This document shows positions 48,918 to 57,792 of a stretch of DNA of 64,000 nt, one piece after another (position 1 is the stretch's first letter; each line of letters opens with the position of its first letter). The stretch comes from Acidobacteriota bacterium. GTDB taxonomy: Bacteria; Acidobacteriota; Thermoanaerobaculia; Gp7-AA8. The notes beneath the pieces are model-generated. The model made no database searches and was not told the DNA's origin. It saw only the letters and a program-made list of their open reading frames with translations. The stretch is from contig JAFATB010000002.1 of assembly GCA_019244185.1 (NCBI GenBank), forward strand, positions 102,551 through 166,550, written 5' to 3'. Position numbers and translations under genes: made by a program.

Positions 48918-48961
48918 CGCGCTACCGCTTCACGAAACGGTTCAGCGTCGCCCGCGCCTCG
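48918..48961. repeat. Right copy of the 44-bp direct repeat (native murJ 3' end including TAG)
   Basis: Identical to 47456-47499; offset 1462 bp. Confidence 0.95.
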
Positions 48962-50589
48962 GGGATCTTCAGCGCGAACGCGGCGAGGAAGTAGATGACG
49001 CCGAATACGCCGGCGACGAGTCCCGCCTCGACGATGCGCGCGAGCGGGAGATGGTTCGACGCGCGGCGCGCGGCGAGGAGGTCGAAGGCGACGGCCACGG
49101 CGGCGGCGACGATCGCGGCGATCCACAGACGCGTTTCGTAGCCGCCGCTCGACTCCATCTTGCCGATGCGGCGCTGCAGGCCGCGGCGCAGCAGCAGGTA
49201 TTCGACCCAGCCCGCGAATCCCGCGGACGCGGTGAGACCGACGGCGCCGAGGGCCGCTTCCCCGCCGGGAACGTTCGGCAGCGGGAGGTGCAGCGCGGTG
49301 ATGACGCCGACGATGACGAAGCGCAGCGGAAACGCGAAGAGGTAGCCGAGGCCGCCGGTGAGCGCGACGCGCGCGGTGGCGTAGCGCAGCGGAGACTTCG
49401 TGTCGCCGAGCGCGTAGAACGCCGACGAATAGAGACGCCCGAGCGTCGCGGCGAGGAGACCGACCGTCGACCCGGCGAGGATGTACCAGACGTAGCGCGT
49501 GGTTTCCGGGGTGAACTTGCCGGTCTCGTACAGCGCGGCGACGAGCACGCGGCCGATCGCGGCGAAGGCGACCACGGTCGGGATGACGAAGAACGCGATC
49601 TGCCGCAGTCCGCGCGCGAGCCGCTTGCGCAGCGCGGCGTGCACTTCTTCTTCCGAGCCGAGCTCGCCCGACATCTGCGGCAGCTCCGCCGCGGCGACGC
49701 TCATCCCGAAGAGGCTGATCGGCAGTAGATAGATGATCTGCGCGTACGACAGCGACGCCACCGCGCCTTCCGGCAGATAGCTGGCGATCATCTGATCGAT
49801 GTACGCGCTGAGCTGCACGACGCCGCGGCCGACGACGACGGGGCCGAAGTTGCGGATCGCCTCGTTCACCGGCTCGAGCCGTTCGATGCCGAACGAGAGA
49901 TGCTTCGCGTAGCGGAAGACGAACGGCAGCTGCACGCCGAGCTGCAGCGCGCATCCCGCGACCGTGCCCCACGCGAGCGCGACGGCGAGCGGAAACTCTT
50001 TCAGCCGCGTCCCGAAGATGACCAGCGTCGCGATCATCGCGCAGTTCCACAGCACCGGCGCGACGTAGGAGAGGAAGAACTTGCGATGGCTGTTCAGAAC
50101 GCCGAGGCACCAGGCGGAGAGGACGAGCAAGCCGACGCCGGGAAACAGGATGCGCACGATGCGGATCGTGAGCACGCGCACGTCGCCTTCGAAGCCGGGC
50201 GCGATGATGCCGATGAGCAGTGGCGTGAGCAGCACGCCGAGGAGCACGAGGATGCTCGTCACGAGCGCGAGGATCGTGGCGATGACGCCGGCCACGCGCC
50301 CCGCGAGCTTCTCGTCGTTGCGCGCGAGAAGGCGCGCGTACACCGGGATGAACGACGCGGAGAGCACGCCTTCGCCGAAGAGGTTCTGCAGGAAGTTCGG
50401 CACCTTCAGCGCGGCGTTGAACGCGTCGGCGGCGCGCGAGCTGCCGAGGAAGTGCGCCATCACGCGCGTGCGCACGAGACCCGCGAGGCGGCTGAGGAAG
50501 ATGCCCGCGGCGACGAGCGCGGCGTAGCCGCCGGCGCGGCGCTTCACCGGCTTGGCATCGTGTAAGGGCTCGGCAGGCGCGTCCGGCAC
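48922..50589 (-). CDS. murJ: Lipid II flippase MurJ (MviN)
   Basis: LSRLAGLVR, ADAFNAALKVPNFLQNLFGEG.LSASFIP, LSYAQ.IY.LP..LFG, FYALGDTKSP. GTG start lies 8 nt after TATCTT. Confidence 0.93.
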   Translation of the reverse strand: MPDAPAEPLHDAKPVKRRAGGYAALVAAGIFLSRLAGLVRTRVMAHFLGSSRAADAFNAALKVPNFLQNLFGEGVLSASFIPVYARLLARNDEKLAGRVAGVIATILALVTSILVLLGVLLTPLLIGIIAPGFEGDVRVLTIRIVRILFPGVGLLVLSAWCLGVLNSHRKFFLSYVAPVLWNCAMIATLVIFGTRLKEFPLAVALAWGTVAGCALQLGVQLPFVFRYAKHLSFGIERLEPVNEAIRNFGPVVVGRGVVQLSAYIDQMIASYLPEGAVASLSYAQIIYLLPISLFGMSVAAAELPQMSGELGSEEEVHAALRKRLARGLRQIAFFVIPTVVAFAAIGRVLVAALYETGKFTPETTRYVWYILAGSTVGLLAATLGRLYSSAFYALGDTKSPLRYATARVALTGGLGYLFAFPLRFVIVGVITALHLPLPNVPGGEAALGAVGLTASAGFAGWVEYLLLRRGLQRRIGKMESSGGYETRLWIAAIVAAAVAVAFDLLAARRASNHLPLARIVEAGLVAGVFGVIYFLAAFALKIPEARATLNRFVKR

Positions 50590-50614
50590 GGCGCGATAAG
50601 ATACCTTGCTTTCG
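50590..50614. promoter_or_regulatory. 25-bp divergent intergenic region with overlapping back-to-back -10 boxes
   Basis: Minus-strand TATCTT (50603-50598) and plus-strand TACCTT (50602-50607), 8 and 7 nt from the two start codons. Confidence 0.5.
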
Positions 50615-51757
50615 ATGTCCGACATCGCTCCCATCCGCATTGCAGGCGCGGGACCATCCGGCTTCGCCGCCGCGATCGCGCTCGCCCGCGCCGGCCGCGC
50701 GGTCGAAGTGCACGAGGCCAAACGCGACGTCGGCACGCGCTTCATCGGCGACCTGCAGATCATCGAGGCGGCGTCGGAACGCGAGCCCGTTCCCGACTTC
50801 CTCGACCGCATCGGCATCGCGCGTAACTTCTACTTCCGCCCCGCTTTGTCGGCGACGTTCTTCGACGCGCGCGGCGCGCAGCGCGAGATCCGCGCGGCGT
50901 CGCCGTTCGGGTACTTCATCCGCCGCGGCGCGGAGAAACGGACGCTCGACCGCGGCCTCCTCGCGCAGGCGCGGGAGCTCGGCGTCGACGTGCGCTTCAA
51001 CAGCCGTCTCGCGTCGGATCATGCCGACATCGTCGCGACGGGTCCCGCGTCGCCGGACGGACTGGCGCGCGAGATGACGTGGCGCACCGACGACCCGGAA
51101 CGCGTCGAGGTCTACTTCAACCATCACCTCGCGCCGGGCGGCTACGCGTACCTCTTCATCCTCGACGGCATCGCCACGTTCGGCTGTGCGATCGTCGCGG
51201 ACTTCAAGAAGATCGACGACTACTTCGCGCACTCGCTCGCCGCCGCGCAGCGGATGCACGCGTTCGTGATTCCATCCGAGACGCGCACCGGCTATTCGTA
51301 CATGAACTTTCATCTGAAGACGCACGCGACGAAAGCGGGCGCGCGCTACGTCGGCGAAGCCGGTGGCTTCCAGGACTATCTCTTCGGCCTCGGCATCCGC
51401 TACGCGCTCACGAGCGGCTGGCTCGCCGCGCGCAGCATTCTCGAGTCGCGCGACTTCGACGAGCTGTGGCGCGCCGAGCTCGCGCCGAAGCAGGAGACGT
51501 CGCTCGTCAATCGTTTCCTCTACGAAACCGGCGGCAACTTCGGCCTCTCGATGTTCGTGCGGCAGGCCGCGCACGCGAAGGACTTCCAGCGGTACCTCAG
51601 CGGCTGGCACGCGCGGACGTGGTGGAAGTCGCTGCTGCGCCCCGTCGTGCAGCGCGTGTGGCGCCATCGCGGCCGCTGCCAGCACAAGCCGGGCGAGCAC
51701 TGGTGCCGCTCGCGCGACACGGAAATCAAGGTACCGCCGCTGGGGCCGATCGTCTGA
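50615..51757 (+). CDS. FAD-dependent oxidoreductase (geranylgeranyl reductase-like)
   Basis: IAGAGPSG, VHE, LDRGL..QA, ATG, APGGYAYL, VGEAGGFQDYLFGLGIRYALTSG..AA. Confidence 0.8.
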   Translation: MSDIAPIRIAGAGPSGFAAAIALARAGRAVEVHEAKRDVGTRFIGDLQIIEAASEREPVPDFLDRIGIARNFYFRPALSATFFDARGAQREIRAASPFGYFIRRGAEKRTLDRGLLAQARELGVDVRFNSRLASDHADIVATGPASPDGLAREMTWRTDDPERVEVYFNHHLAPGGYAYLFILDGIATFGCAIVADFKKIDDYFAHSLAAAQRMHAFVIPSETRTGYSYMNFHLKTHATKAGARYVGEAGGFQDYLFGLGIRYALTSGWLAARSILESRDFDELWRAELAPKQETSLVNRFLYETGGNFGLSMFVRQAAHAKDFQRYLSGWHARTWWKSLLRPVVQRVWRHRGRCQHKPGEHWCRSRDTEIKVPPLGPIV

Positions 51758-52632
51758 TGGCGGACGGGATGAACGTCGATCGTCCGATGAACGTCGATGA
51801 GGCGTATGCGTTCTGCCGCGCGATCGCGCACAAGCACGGCGCGAACTTCTCCGTCGGCTTCCGCTTTCTCCCCGCGGTGAAGCGCCGCGCGGTGTACGCG
51901 GCGTACGCGTACTGCCGCTTCGCCGACGACATCGCCGACGAGCCGGGCGAGCACGTGCTGGAGCGGCTCGACGCGTGGCAGCGCGAGCTCGACGCCGCGT
52001 ACGAAGGCACGCCGTCGCACGCGGTCACGATCGCGCTCGCGGACGCGCTGCGGCATTTCGCGATTCCGAAGCGCGCGTTCATCGCGCTCATCGACGGCTG
52101 CCGGCAGGACTTCGTGAAGACGCGCTACGAGACCTTCGACGAGCTCCTCGCCTACTGCGATCTCGTGGCGACGTCGATCTCCGACATCTCGCTGGCGATC
52201 TTCGGCTACCGCACCGACGCCGCGCTGCGTTATGGCCGCAACCTCGCCACGGCGCTGCAGCTGACGAACGTGACGCGCGACATCGGCGACGATCTGACGC
52301 GCGACCGCATCTACATTCCGGCGACGGAGCTGCGCGCGTTCGGCGTGAGCGAGCGCGAGCTCGTCGAGCGGACCGAGAACGAGCGCATGCGCCGTCTGAT
52401 CGAGTTTCAGATCGACCGCGCCGAGCGCTACTTCCGCGACGCGGAGCCGCTCCTGCGCGAGCTCGCCTTCGACGCGCGTTTTCCGACGCTGCTCATGGGC
52501 GGCGTCTACGCGACCGTGCTCGCGAAACTGCGCAAGGATCCGTTCGCGGCCATCCGCGAGCGGCTCTCGCTTTCGCCGCTGCAGAAGCTGCGCGTGGTCG
52601 GCGCGCGCGTCTTGCGTCCACACTTCCTCTGA
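51757..52632 (+). CDS. Phytoene/squalene synthase family protein
   Basis: YAYCRFADDIAD, YETFDELLAYC..VA, ALQLTNVTRDIGDD....RIYIP. Coupled to the reductase (TGATG). Confidence 0.9.
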   Translation: MADGMNVDRPMNVDEAYAFCRAIAHKHGANFSVGFRFLPAVKRRAVYAAYAYCRFADDIADEPGEHVLERLDAWQRELDAAYEGTPSHAVTIALADALRHFAIPKRAFIALIDGCRQDFVKTRYETFDELLAYCDLVATSISDISLAIFGYRTDAALRYGRNLATALQLTNVTRDIGDDLTRDRIYIPATELRAFGVSERELVERTENERMRRLIEFQIDRAERYFRDAEPLLRELAFDARFPTLLMGGVYATVLAKLRKDPFAAIRERLSLSPLQKLRVVGARVLRPHFL

Positions 52633-52665
52633 AACTCACAGATAATCTCCACCGTCAGAGGCTTG

Positions 52666-53433
52666 ATGGCGTTCCTTCGACGGCTGCTCCTGCTGTGCGC
52701 ATTCGCCGCCGCGGTCGCGGCGCAGGAGCGTCCCGTCGCGAGCAATGCCGACGCGGCCACGAGCACGGTGATCGTGCCGGTGGTCGGCAGCGTGATCGGC
52801 GCGTCGATGGCGCATTGGAAGACGGACCTCGAGCTGATCAACGACACCGGACACGAGGCCGACGTCGCGCTCGAGCTGAGCACCGCCACGGACTCGCCGG
52901 CGATCGTGCTCACGCTCGCTCCCGGTGAAGTGCAGCGCTTCTCCGATCTCGTCGGGCAGGCGTTCGGCCTCGACGCCGTGCTCTCGCCGCTGCGCGTGAC
53001 GACCAGCGGCCGCCGCTCGGTCACCGTGCGCGCGACGGTGTACGCGATCAGCGCCGGCGAGGTCTCGCCGCCGCAGCCGATCGCGGTCTACACGCCGCAG
53101 TCGTTCTATCCGCTGCGCGCGCTCGACAACCTCGCCTTCAGCGACGAGTTCCGCACGAACATCGGTCTGCTCAACTACAGCGAGCAGGACGCGATGTTCG
53201 TGCTGGCGCTGCAGCGCATCCCGGGACGCAACGTCGCCGTGTCGTACATCTCCGTCGGCGCCGGCTCGCTGCTGCATACGTCGATTCAGTCGCTCTTTCC
53301 GCTGATCGAGACCGGCAGCGGCTTTTCGGTGGTCGTCGAGTCGGGAACGCCGGAGACGTACGTCTACGCGTCGGTGATCGAGAGCGCGCGTCAGGCAGGC
53401 CAGTTCATCGCTCCGCGTCCCGCGAATCGCTGA
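52666..53433 (+). CDS. Secreted hypothetical protein
   Basis: Signal peptide; IVPVVGS..GA....WKTDL.L.N, FRTNIGLLN and YVYASVIE segments, a repeated beta-sandwich-like pattern. Confidence 0.7.
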   Translation: MAFLRRLLLLCAFAAAVAAQERPVASNADAATSTVIVPVVGSVIGASMAHWKTDLELINDTGHEADVALELSTATDSPAIVLTLAPGEVQRFSDLVGQAFGLDAVLSPLRVTTSGRRSVTVRATVYAISAGEVSPPQPIAVYTPQSFYPLRALDNLAFSDEFRTNIGLLNYSEQDAMFVLALQRIPGRNVAVSYISVGAGSLLHTSIQSLFPLIETGSGFSVVVESGTPETYVYASVIESARQAGQFIAPRPANR

Positions 53434-53449
53434 GGTATTCTTGGCGCCG

Positions 53450-53614
53450 ATGGACGAGCCGGATTACCTCATCTGCCTGCAGTGCGAGACGCCGACGTAT
53501 CAATTCGAATACGTGAACGGCAAGCTGTCGACGGTGGTCTGCAACACCTGCGGCAACGACGACTCCTCCGACTTCGTCACCGAATCCGAGTACGACGAGC
53601 AGACCGGCGCATGA
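53450..53614 (+). CDS. Small acidic zinc-ribbon protein (54 aa), missed by the ORF track
   Basis: MDEPDYLICLQCETPTYQFEYVNGKLSTVVCNTCGNDDSSDFVTESEYDEQTGA. Two CxxC motifs; stop overlaps the udk ATG (ATGA). Confidence 0.8.
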   Translation: MDEPDYLICLQCETPTYQFEYVNGKLSTVVCNTCGNDDSSDFVTESEYDEQTGA

Positions 53615-54225
53615 AGCCCGTCATCATCGGCATCGCCGGCGGCACCGGCTCGGGCAAAACCACCGTCGCGCGCTCGATTTACGACCGCGTCGGCAAAGAC
53701 CGCATCGAGTGGGTCTCGCACGACTCGTACTACCGCAACTTCGAGGGACTCGATCCCGAGCAGCGGCACCACATCAACTTCGACCACCCCGACTCGCTGG
53801 AGACGGAGCTGCTCTGCCGGCACCTCGACGTCCTGAGCAAAGGCTCGTCGGTGGAGGTGCCGATCTACGACTTCACCACGCACTCGCGCAAGGCCGCGAC
53901 GCAGCGCGTGGAGCCGCGCAAGGTGATCATCGTCGAAGGCATCCTCGTCCTGGCCGAGCCGGAGCTGCGCAAACGGATTGATATCAAACTGTTCGTCGAC
54001 ACGCCGTCCGACATCCGCTTCCTGCGCCGCCTCATGCGCGACATCCAGTCGCGCGGCCGGAGCGTCGAGTCGGTCATCGACCAGTACATGACCACCGTCC
54101 GCCCGATGCACGAGGAGTTCGTCGAGCCGTCGAAACGGCACGCGGACCTGATCATCCCCGAGGGGGGCGAGAACCTCGTGGCGCTCGACGCGATCATTTC
54201 GCGCGTCGAGCACCTGCTGGCCTAG
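53611..54225 (+). CDS. udk: Uridine kinase
   Basis: IIGIAGGTGSGKTT, HDSYY, NFDHPDSL, PIYDF..HSR, IVEGIL, RD...RGR, PMHEEFVEPSK. Confidence 0.96.
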   Translation: MKPVIIGIAGGTGSGKTTVARSIYDRVGKDRIEWVSHDSYYRNFEGLDPEQRHHINFDHPDSLETELLCRHLDVLSKGSSVEVPIYDFTTHSRKAATQRVEPRKVIIVEGILVLAEPELRKRIDIKLFVDTPSDIRFLRRLMRDIQSRGRSVESVIDQYMTTVRPMHEEFVEPSKRHADLIIPEGGENLVALDAIISRVEHLLA

Positions 54226-55241
54226 GGCGCCAGGTCCGCCAATTTGGTCCACTGCTTGACCGTCGCCGGATCGCACGACGCCTGGTTGCAGACATAGAAC
54301 TGCGTGATGGGATGCACTTCCCAGAGGCTGAAGCGCTTCGGCTGTCCGGAGATCAGCCGCTTCGGGTTCTTGTTCACGCGGTGGATGTTGTCGTAGAGCA
54401 GGCCGCCTTCGACGAGCACGCGTTTCTTCGCTTTCTTCACTCTCTGAAGTGCGTCGAGCGTCCACGCATCGAGGCGGTCCTGCGGGATCATCTCCACGAC
54501 GATGCCGCTCGTCTCGTCGTCGCCGGCGTGCGGCGCGAGGGTGATGTGGAAGTCGTTGTTGGCCGGCCCTTTCAACGAGCAGTTCACCGACTCTCCGGTG
54601 TTCGGATGCGGCGTGCCGACGATGAAGCCGGCCACGCGGACGAGCTGCCCTTCTCCGATGGTGCTGCCGCTCACCTTCAGATGGCGGATGGTCTGGCGGT
54701 CGGCGGCGCTGAGGTCCGCGCCTTCGCCCACCGCATCCGACGCCGCGTTCTGCAGCGCCGAGAAGAGCGCGAACGTCGTCACGCGCGCCTTCCCCGTCGG
54801 TGGGCCGTGCTTGGCGGTGTTGAAGAGGCCGTGCGACGACTCCGCGCCGGCACAGCCGAATGCCTGGCATTGGACGAGCGTCGACGGACAGGCCGCCGCC
54901 GCTGCCGCCGCCGCGGCGACGGGACGCGCGAAGAGCTTCGGCGTGAGCTGCACGCCGGCGGTTTTCGAGTCGAGGAAGTGGCGGTCGATCCAGCCGATCG
55001 CATCCCCCGACTGCACGCGTACCCAGCCGTTGCCGTGGAAGCCCAGCACCGTGACGTCCGTGTTCGCGCGGAGCGTGGACGTCGCCACGCCGTTCGGCGA
55101 GCGGTGCAGCCGCACGTCGTGGTTGACGGTGGCCAGCACCACGGCGTCCGACGGCTCAGCCTCGTCCTCCTGCTCGACTTCCTGTCCGGCCAGCGGCAAC
55201 GCGGCCGCCACGACGAGGACGGCGATCCAGAATGCTTTCAT
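54222..55241 (-). CDS. Secreted SH3-domain protein with an uncharacterised Cys/His/Asp-containing C-terminal domain
   Basis: SD GGAGG; signal peptide; SH3b-like VRLHRSP...GWVRV....IGWI; then GESVNC, NDFHI, VEMIP, LYDNIH, WEVHPIT. Confidence 0.7.
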   Translation of the reverse strand: MKAFWIAVLVVAAALPLAGQEVEQEDEAEPSDAVVLATVNHDVRLHRSPNGVATSTLRANTDVTVLGFHGNGWVRVQSGDAIGWIDRHFLDSKTAGVQLTPKLFARPVAAAAAAAAACPSTLVQCQAFGCAGAESSHGLFNTAKHGPPTGKARVTTFALFSALQNAASDAVGEGADLSAADRQTIRHLKVSGSTIGEGQLVRVAGFIVGTPHPNTGESVNCSLKGPANNDFHITLAPHAGDDETSGIVVEMIPQDRLDAWTLDALQRVKKAKKRVLVEGGLLYDNIHRVNKNPKRLISGQPKRFSLWEVHPITQFYVCNQASCDPATVKQWTKLADLAP

Positions 55242-55289
55242 GAGGCACCTCCATGTTTATGGAGATGCCTCGCTGGCGACTTTCCCGAC

Positions 55290-57353
55290 CTACGGCTTTG
55301 TCAACTGCCACCACAAAAACCCCAGCTCCTCGGCAGTGCTGTGCACCTGCACGTGCAGCGGCTCGCCGCCGGAGTGTCCCGCCGCGGTCTTGTAGCGGAG
55401 GAGGATCGGCTCGTCGCCGCCGTTCGACGCCTGCATCAGCGCCGTCATCTTGCGCGCGTGCAGCGGCGCGACGCGCGTGTCGGCGTCGCCGGTGACGAAG
55501 AGCGTCGCCGGGTAACGCGTCCCCTGCTTCACGTGCTGGTACGGCGAGTACGCGTAGAGCGCCGGGAAGTCGGCCGCGCTCGACGCGCTGCCGTACTCCG
55601 GCACCCAGAAGCTGCCGACGAGGAACTGGTCGTAGCGCAGCATGTCGATGAGCGGATAGCGGCAGATCACGGCGCCGAAGAGATCGGGACGCTGCGTCTC
55701 GGCCGCCATCACCAGCAGGCCGCCGTTCGAGCCGCCGGCGATGCCGAGGTGGGAGGAGGAGGTGTAGTGCTGCGCGATGAGATATTCGCCGGCGGCGATG
55801 AAGTCGTCGAACACGTGCTGCTTCTGCTCGAGCATTCCCGCGCGATGCCACGCCTCGCCGAACTCGCCGCCGCCGCGCAGGTTCGCCAGCGCGTAGACGC
55901 CGCCCTGCTCCACCCACGCGATCGCGCGCGACGAGTACGTCGGCACGGAGCTCGACGTGAAGCCGCCGTAACCGGTGAGATACGTCGGCGCCGTACCGTT
56001 GCGGACGAAGCCCTTCTTCGTCAGCACGAACATCGGGACCCGCGTGCCGTCTTTCGATGGATACCAAACCTGCTCGACGTTGAACTGGTTCGGATCGACC
56101 GGCGCGCTTTGCCGCGCGAAGACGGTGCGTTCGCGCGAGGCGACGTTGTACTGGTAGAACGTCGGCGGCACGTGGAAGGAGCTGAAGCTGAAGAACGCGA
56201 TCGGCGAGCTCCACGTCCCGCTCATGTCTTCGAGGCTGCCCAACGTTTCAAACGAAACATCCTCGCCGCGCGCGCCGGTGAGGTCGTAGCCGGTGATGCG
56301 CGGCTTCACGTTTTCGAGGTAACTGACGAAGACCTTCCCTCCGGCCAGCGATACGCCCTGAATGGCCGCCTTCGGGTTCTCCGGCACGATTTCCTTCCAT
56401 TGGTCCCGCTGCGGCTGCGCGAGGTTCGCGACCATCACGCGATCGTTCGGCGCGTTCCAGTTCGTCTGGATGACGAGTTTGTCGCCGGCCAGCGATGCAT
56501 ATGAGCGGAAATCGAGATCGTTGACCACCGTACGCGGCGGCGCGGTGTCGAGCAGATCGTCGACGTAGATCTCCGTCTTCTTCGGCGCGGAGCCGTACGC
56601 GACATGGATGAGCAGATAGCGCGCGTCGTCGGAGAGCGACGCGTAGATGATCTTGTCCGGCGTGTAGCCGCTGCCGAAGAGCAGTTCCTCCGCGCCGCCC
56701 GCCACCGCCCGCCGATAGAGCCGCGGCCCGCTCGCTTCCGCGCGCGTGAAGTAGATCATCCGCCGGTCCGGCGTCAGTTCGATGCCGTAGTAGCGCGCGG
56801 CCGCGAGCGGCGCACCGGTGTCGTGCTTCGCGTCGATGTCGAAGAAGCGCACCTCCGCCTCGTCCGCGCCGCCGCGGCGCACGTCGTACGCGAGCAGCGT
56901 TCCGTCTTCGGTCACGTCGTCGATGTCGACGCTCGTGGTGTGATCGGGACTGAGCGGCGCCGGATCGATGAGCACTTCCTCGGCGCCGTTCGCGCTGCGG
57001 CGCATCACGATCGAGTAGAGGTCCTGCCCCACGCCGCGATGCTTGTAGAGGTAGCGGCCGTTGCGAAAGATCGGCGTCGCGAACTGATCGGTGCTGAGCA
57101 GCGCCTCGAGCCGCGGCGCGAAACGCTTCTGCTCCGGGCGATGGCCGAGCACCGCATCGGTGTACGCGTTCTGCCGGTCGATCCACGCGCGCGTCTCCGG
57201 CGCGTTCTGGTCTTCGAGCCAGCGGTAGGGATCGGTGACCGTGACGCCGTGGAGCGTCTCGACGACCGGGCGCGCGGGCGTCGGCGGCGGGGTAAGATAG
57301 GTGGCGCAGGCGGCGAAAACAAGGGCGAGCGAAGTTATTGTCAGCGAACGCAT
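55290..57353 (-). CDS. Prolyl oligopeptidase (S9A), predicted lipoprotein
   Basis: Lipobox VFAAC; DPYRWLED; SKDGTRVPM; GYGGF; GGSNGGLL; DTRV; AGH. Confidence 0.95.
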   Translation of the reverse strand: MRSLTITSLALVFAACATYLTPPPTPARPVVETLHGVTVTDPYRWLEDQNAPETRAWIDRQNAYTDAVLGHRPEQKRFAPRLEALLSTDQFATPIFRNGRYLYKHRGVGQDLYSIVMRRSANGAEEVLIDPAPLSPDHTTSVDIDDVTEDGTLLAYDVRRGGADEAEVRFFDIDAKHDTGAPLAAARYYGIELTPDRRMIYFTRAEASGPRLYRRAVAGGAEELLFGSGYTPDKIIYASLSDDARYLLIHVAYGSAPKKTEIYVDDLLDTAPPRTVVNDLDFRSYASLAGDKLVIQTNWNAPNDRVMVANLAQPQRDQWKEIVPENPKAAIQGVSLAGGKVFVSYLENVKPRITGYDLTGARGEDVSFETLGSLEDMSGTWSSPIAFFSFSSFHVPPTFYQYNVASRERTVFARQSAPVDPNQFNVEQVWYPSKDGTRVPMFVLTKKGFVRNGTAPTYLTGYGGFTSSSVPTYSSRAIAWVEQGGVYALANLRGGGEFGEAWHRAGMLEQKQHVFDDFIAAGEYLIAQHYTSSSHLGIAGGSNGGLLVMAAETQRPDLFGAVICRYPLIDMLRYDQFLVGSFWVPEYGSASSAADFPALYAYSPYQHVKQGTRYPATLFVTGDADTRVAPLHARKMTALMQASNGGDEPILLRYKTAAGHSGGEPLHVQVHSTAEELGFLWWQLTKP

Positions 57354-57428
57354 CAGCAACATTCCTTTGCGGTGCTGCAACTTACAACAATTCGTTCGAC
57401 TTACGGAATCGGAACGGGTCGCGGCCGG

Positions 57429-57457
57429 TTGAAGCGCACCGGATCCGGCCTTAAAAT
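57429..57457 (+). promoter_or_regulatory. sigma70 promoter of the rpsU operon
   Basis: TTGAAG, 17 nt, TAAAAT. Confidence 0.7.
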
Positions 57458-57522
57458 GAGCGAGCCCGCAGGGACTTGCCCAAGCGATCCAACAGCTCAA
57501 GCCGAAGGGGGGGAATCGGAGA

Positions 57523-57729
57523 ATGCCTCTCGTACACGTCAAAGAAGACGAGACTTTCGAGAATGCGCTTCGCCGCTTCAAGCGGAAATGTGAGAAGTCG
57601 GGGATCCTCTCCGAGCTGAAGAAGCGCCAGCATTACGAGAAGCCGAGCACGAAGCGGAAGCGCAAAGCGATTGCGGCCCGCAAGAAAGTGCTTCGGAAAC
57701 TCGCGGAAGAGCGCCGCGCCGGATACTGA
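57523..57729 (+). CDS. rpsU: 30S ribosomal protein S21
   Basis: [31 protein letters not shown]. Confidence 0.97.
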   Translation: MPLVHVKEDETFENALRRFKRKCEKSGILSELKKRQHYEKPSTKRKRKAIAARKKVLRKLAEERRAGY

Positions 57730-57748
57730 TTCAGCAACAACGTTCTTG

Positions 57749-57788
57749 AAGCGGCTCGCGGGTTCGTCTCGCGAGCCGCTTTTGTTTT
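57749..57788 (+). terminator. Intrinsic terminator after rpsU
   Basis: AAGCGGCTCGCGGG-TTCG-TCTCGCGAGCCGCTT followed by TTGTTTT. Confidence 0.88.
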
Positions 57789-57792
57789 GGCC

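Noticed and set aside
47540-51700. 1386-aa minus-strand ORF as a single giant protein
   Set aside because: The first ~940 codons are an Arg/Ala-rich shadow frame over murJ and the reductase. Only 47540-48868 is protein-like and has its own promoter.
56244-56259. parS-like CGTTTCAAACGAAACA
   Set aside because: The central bases do not match the CACGTG core, and it lies inside the peptidase coding sequence.
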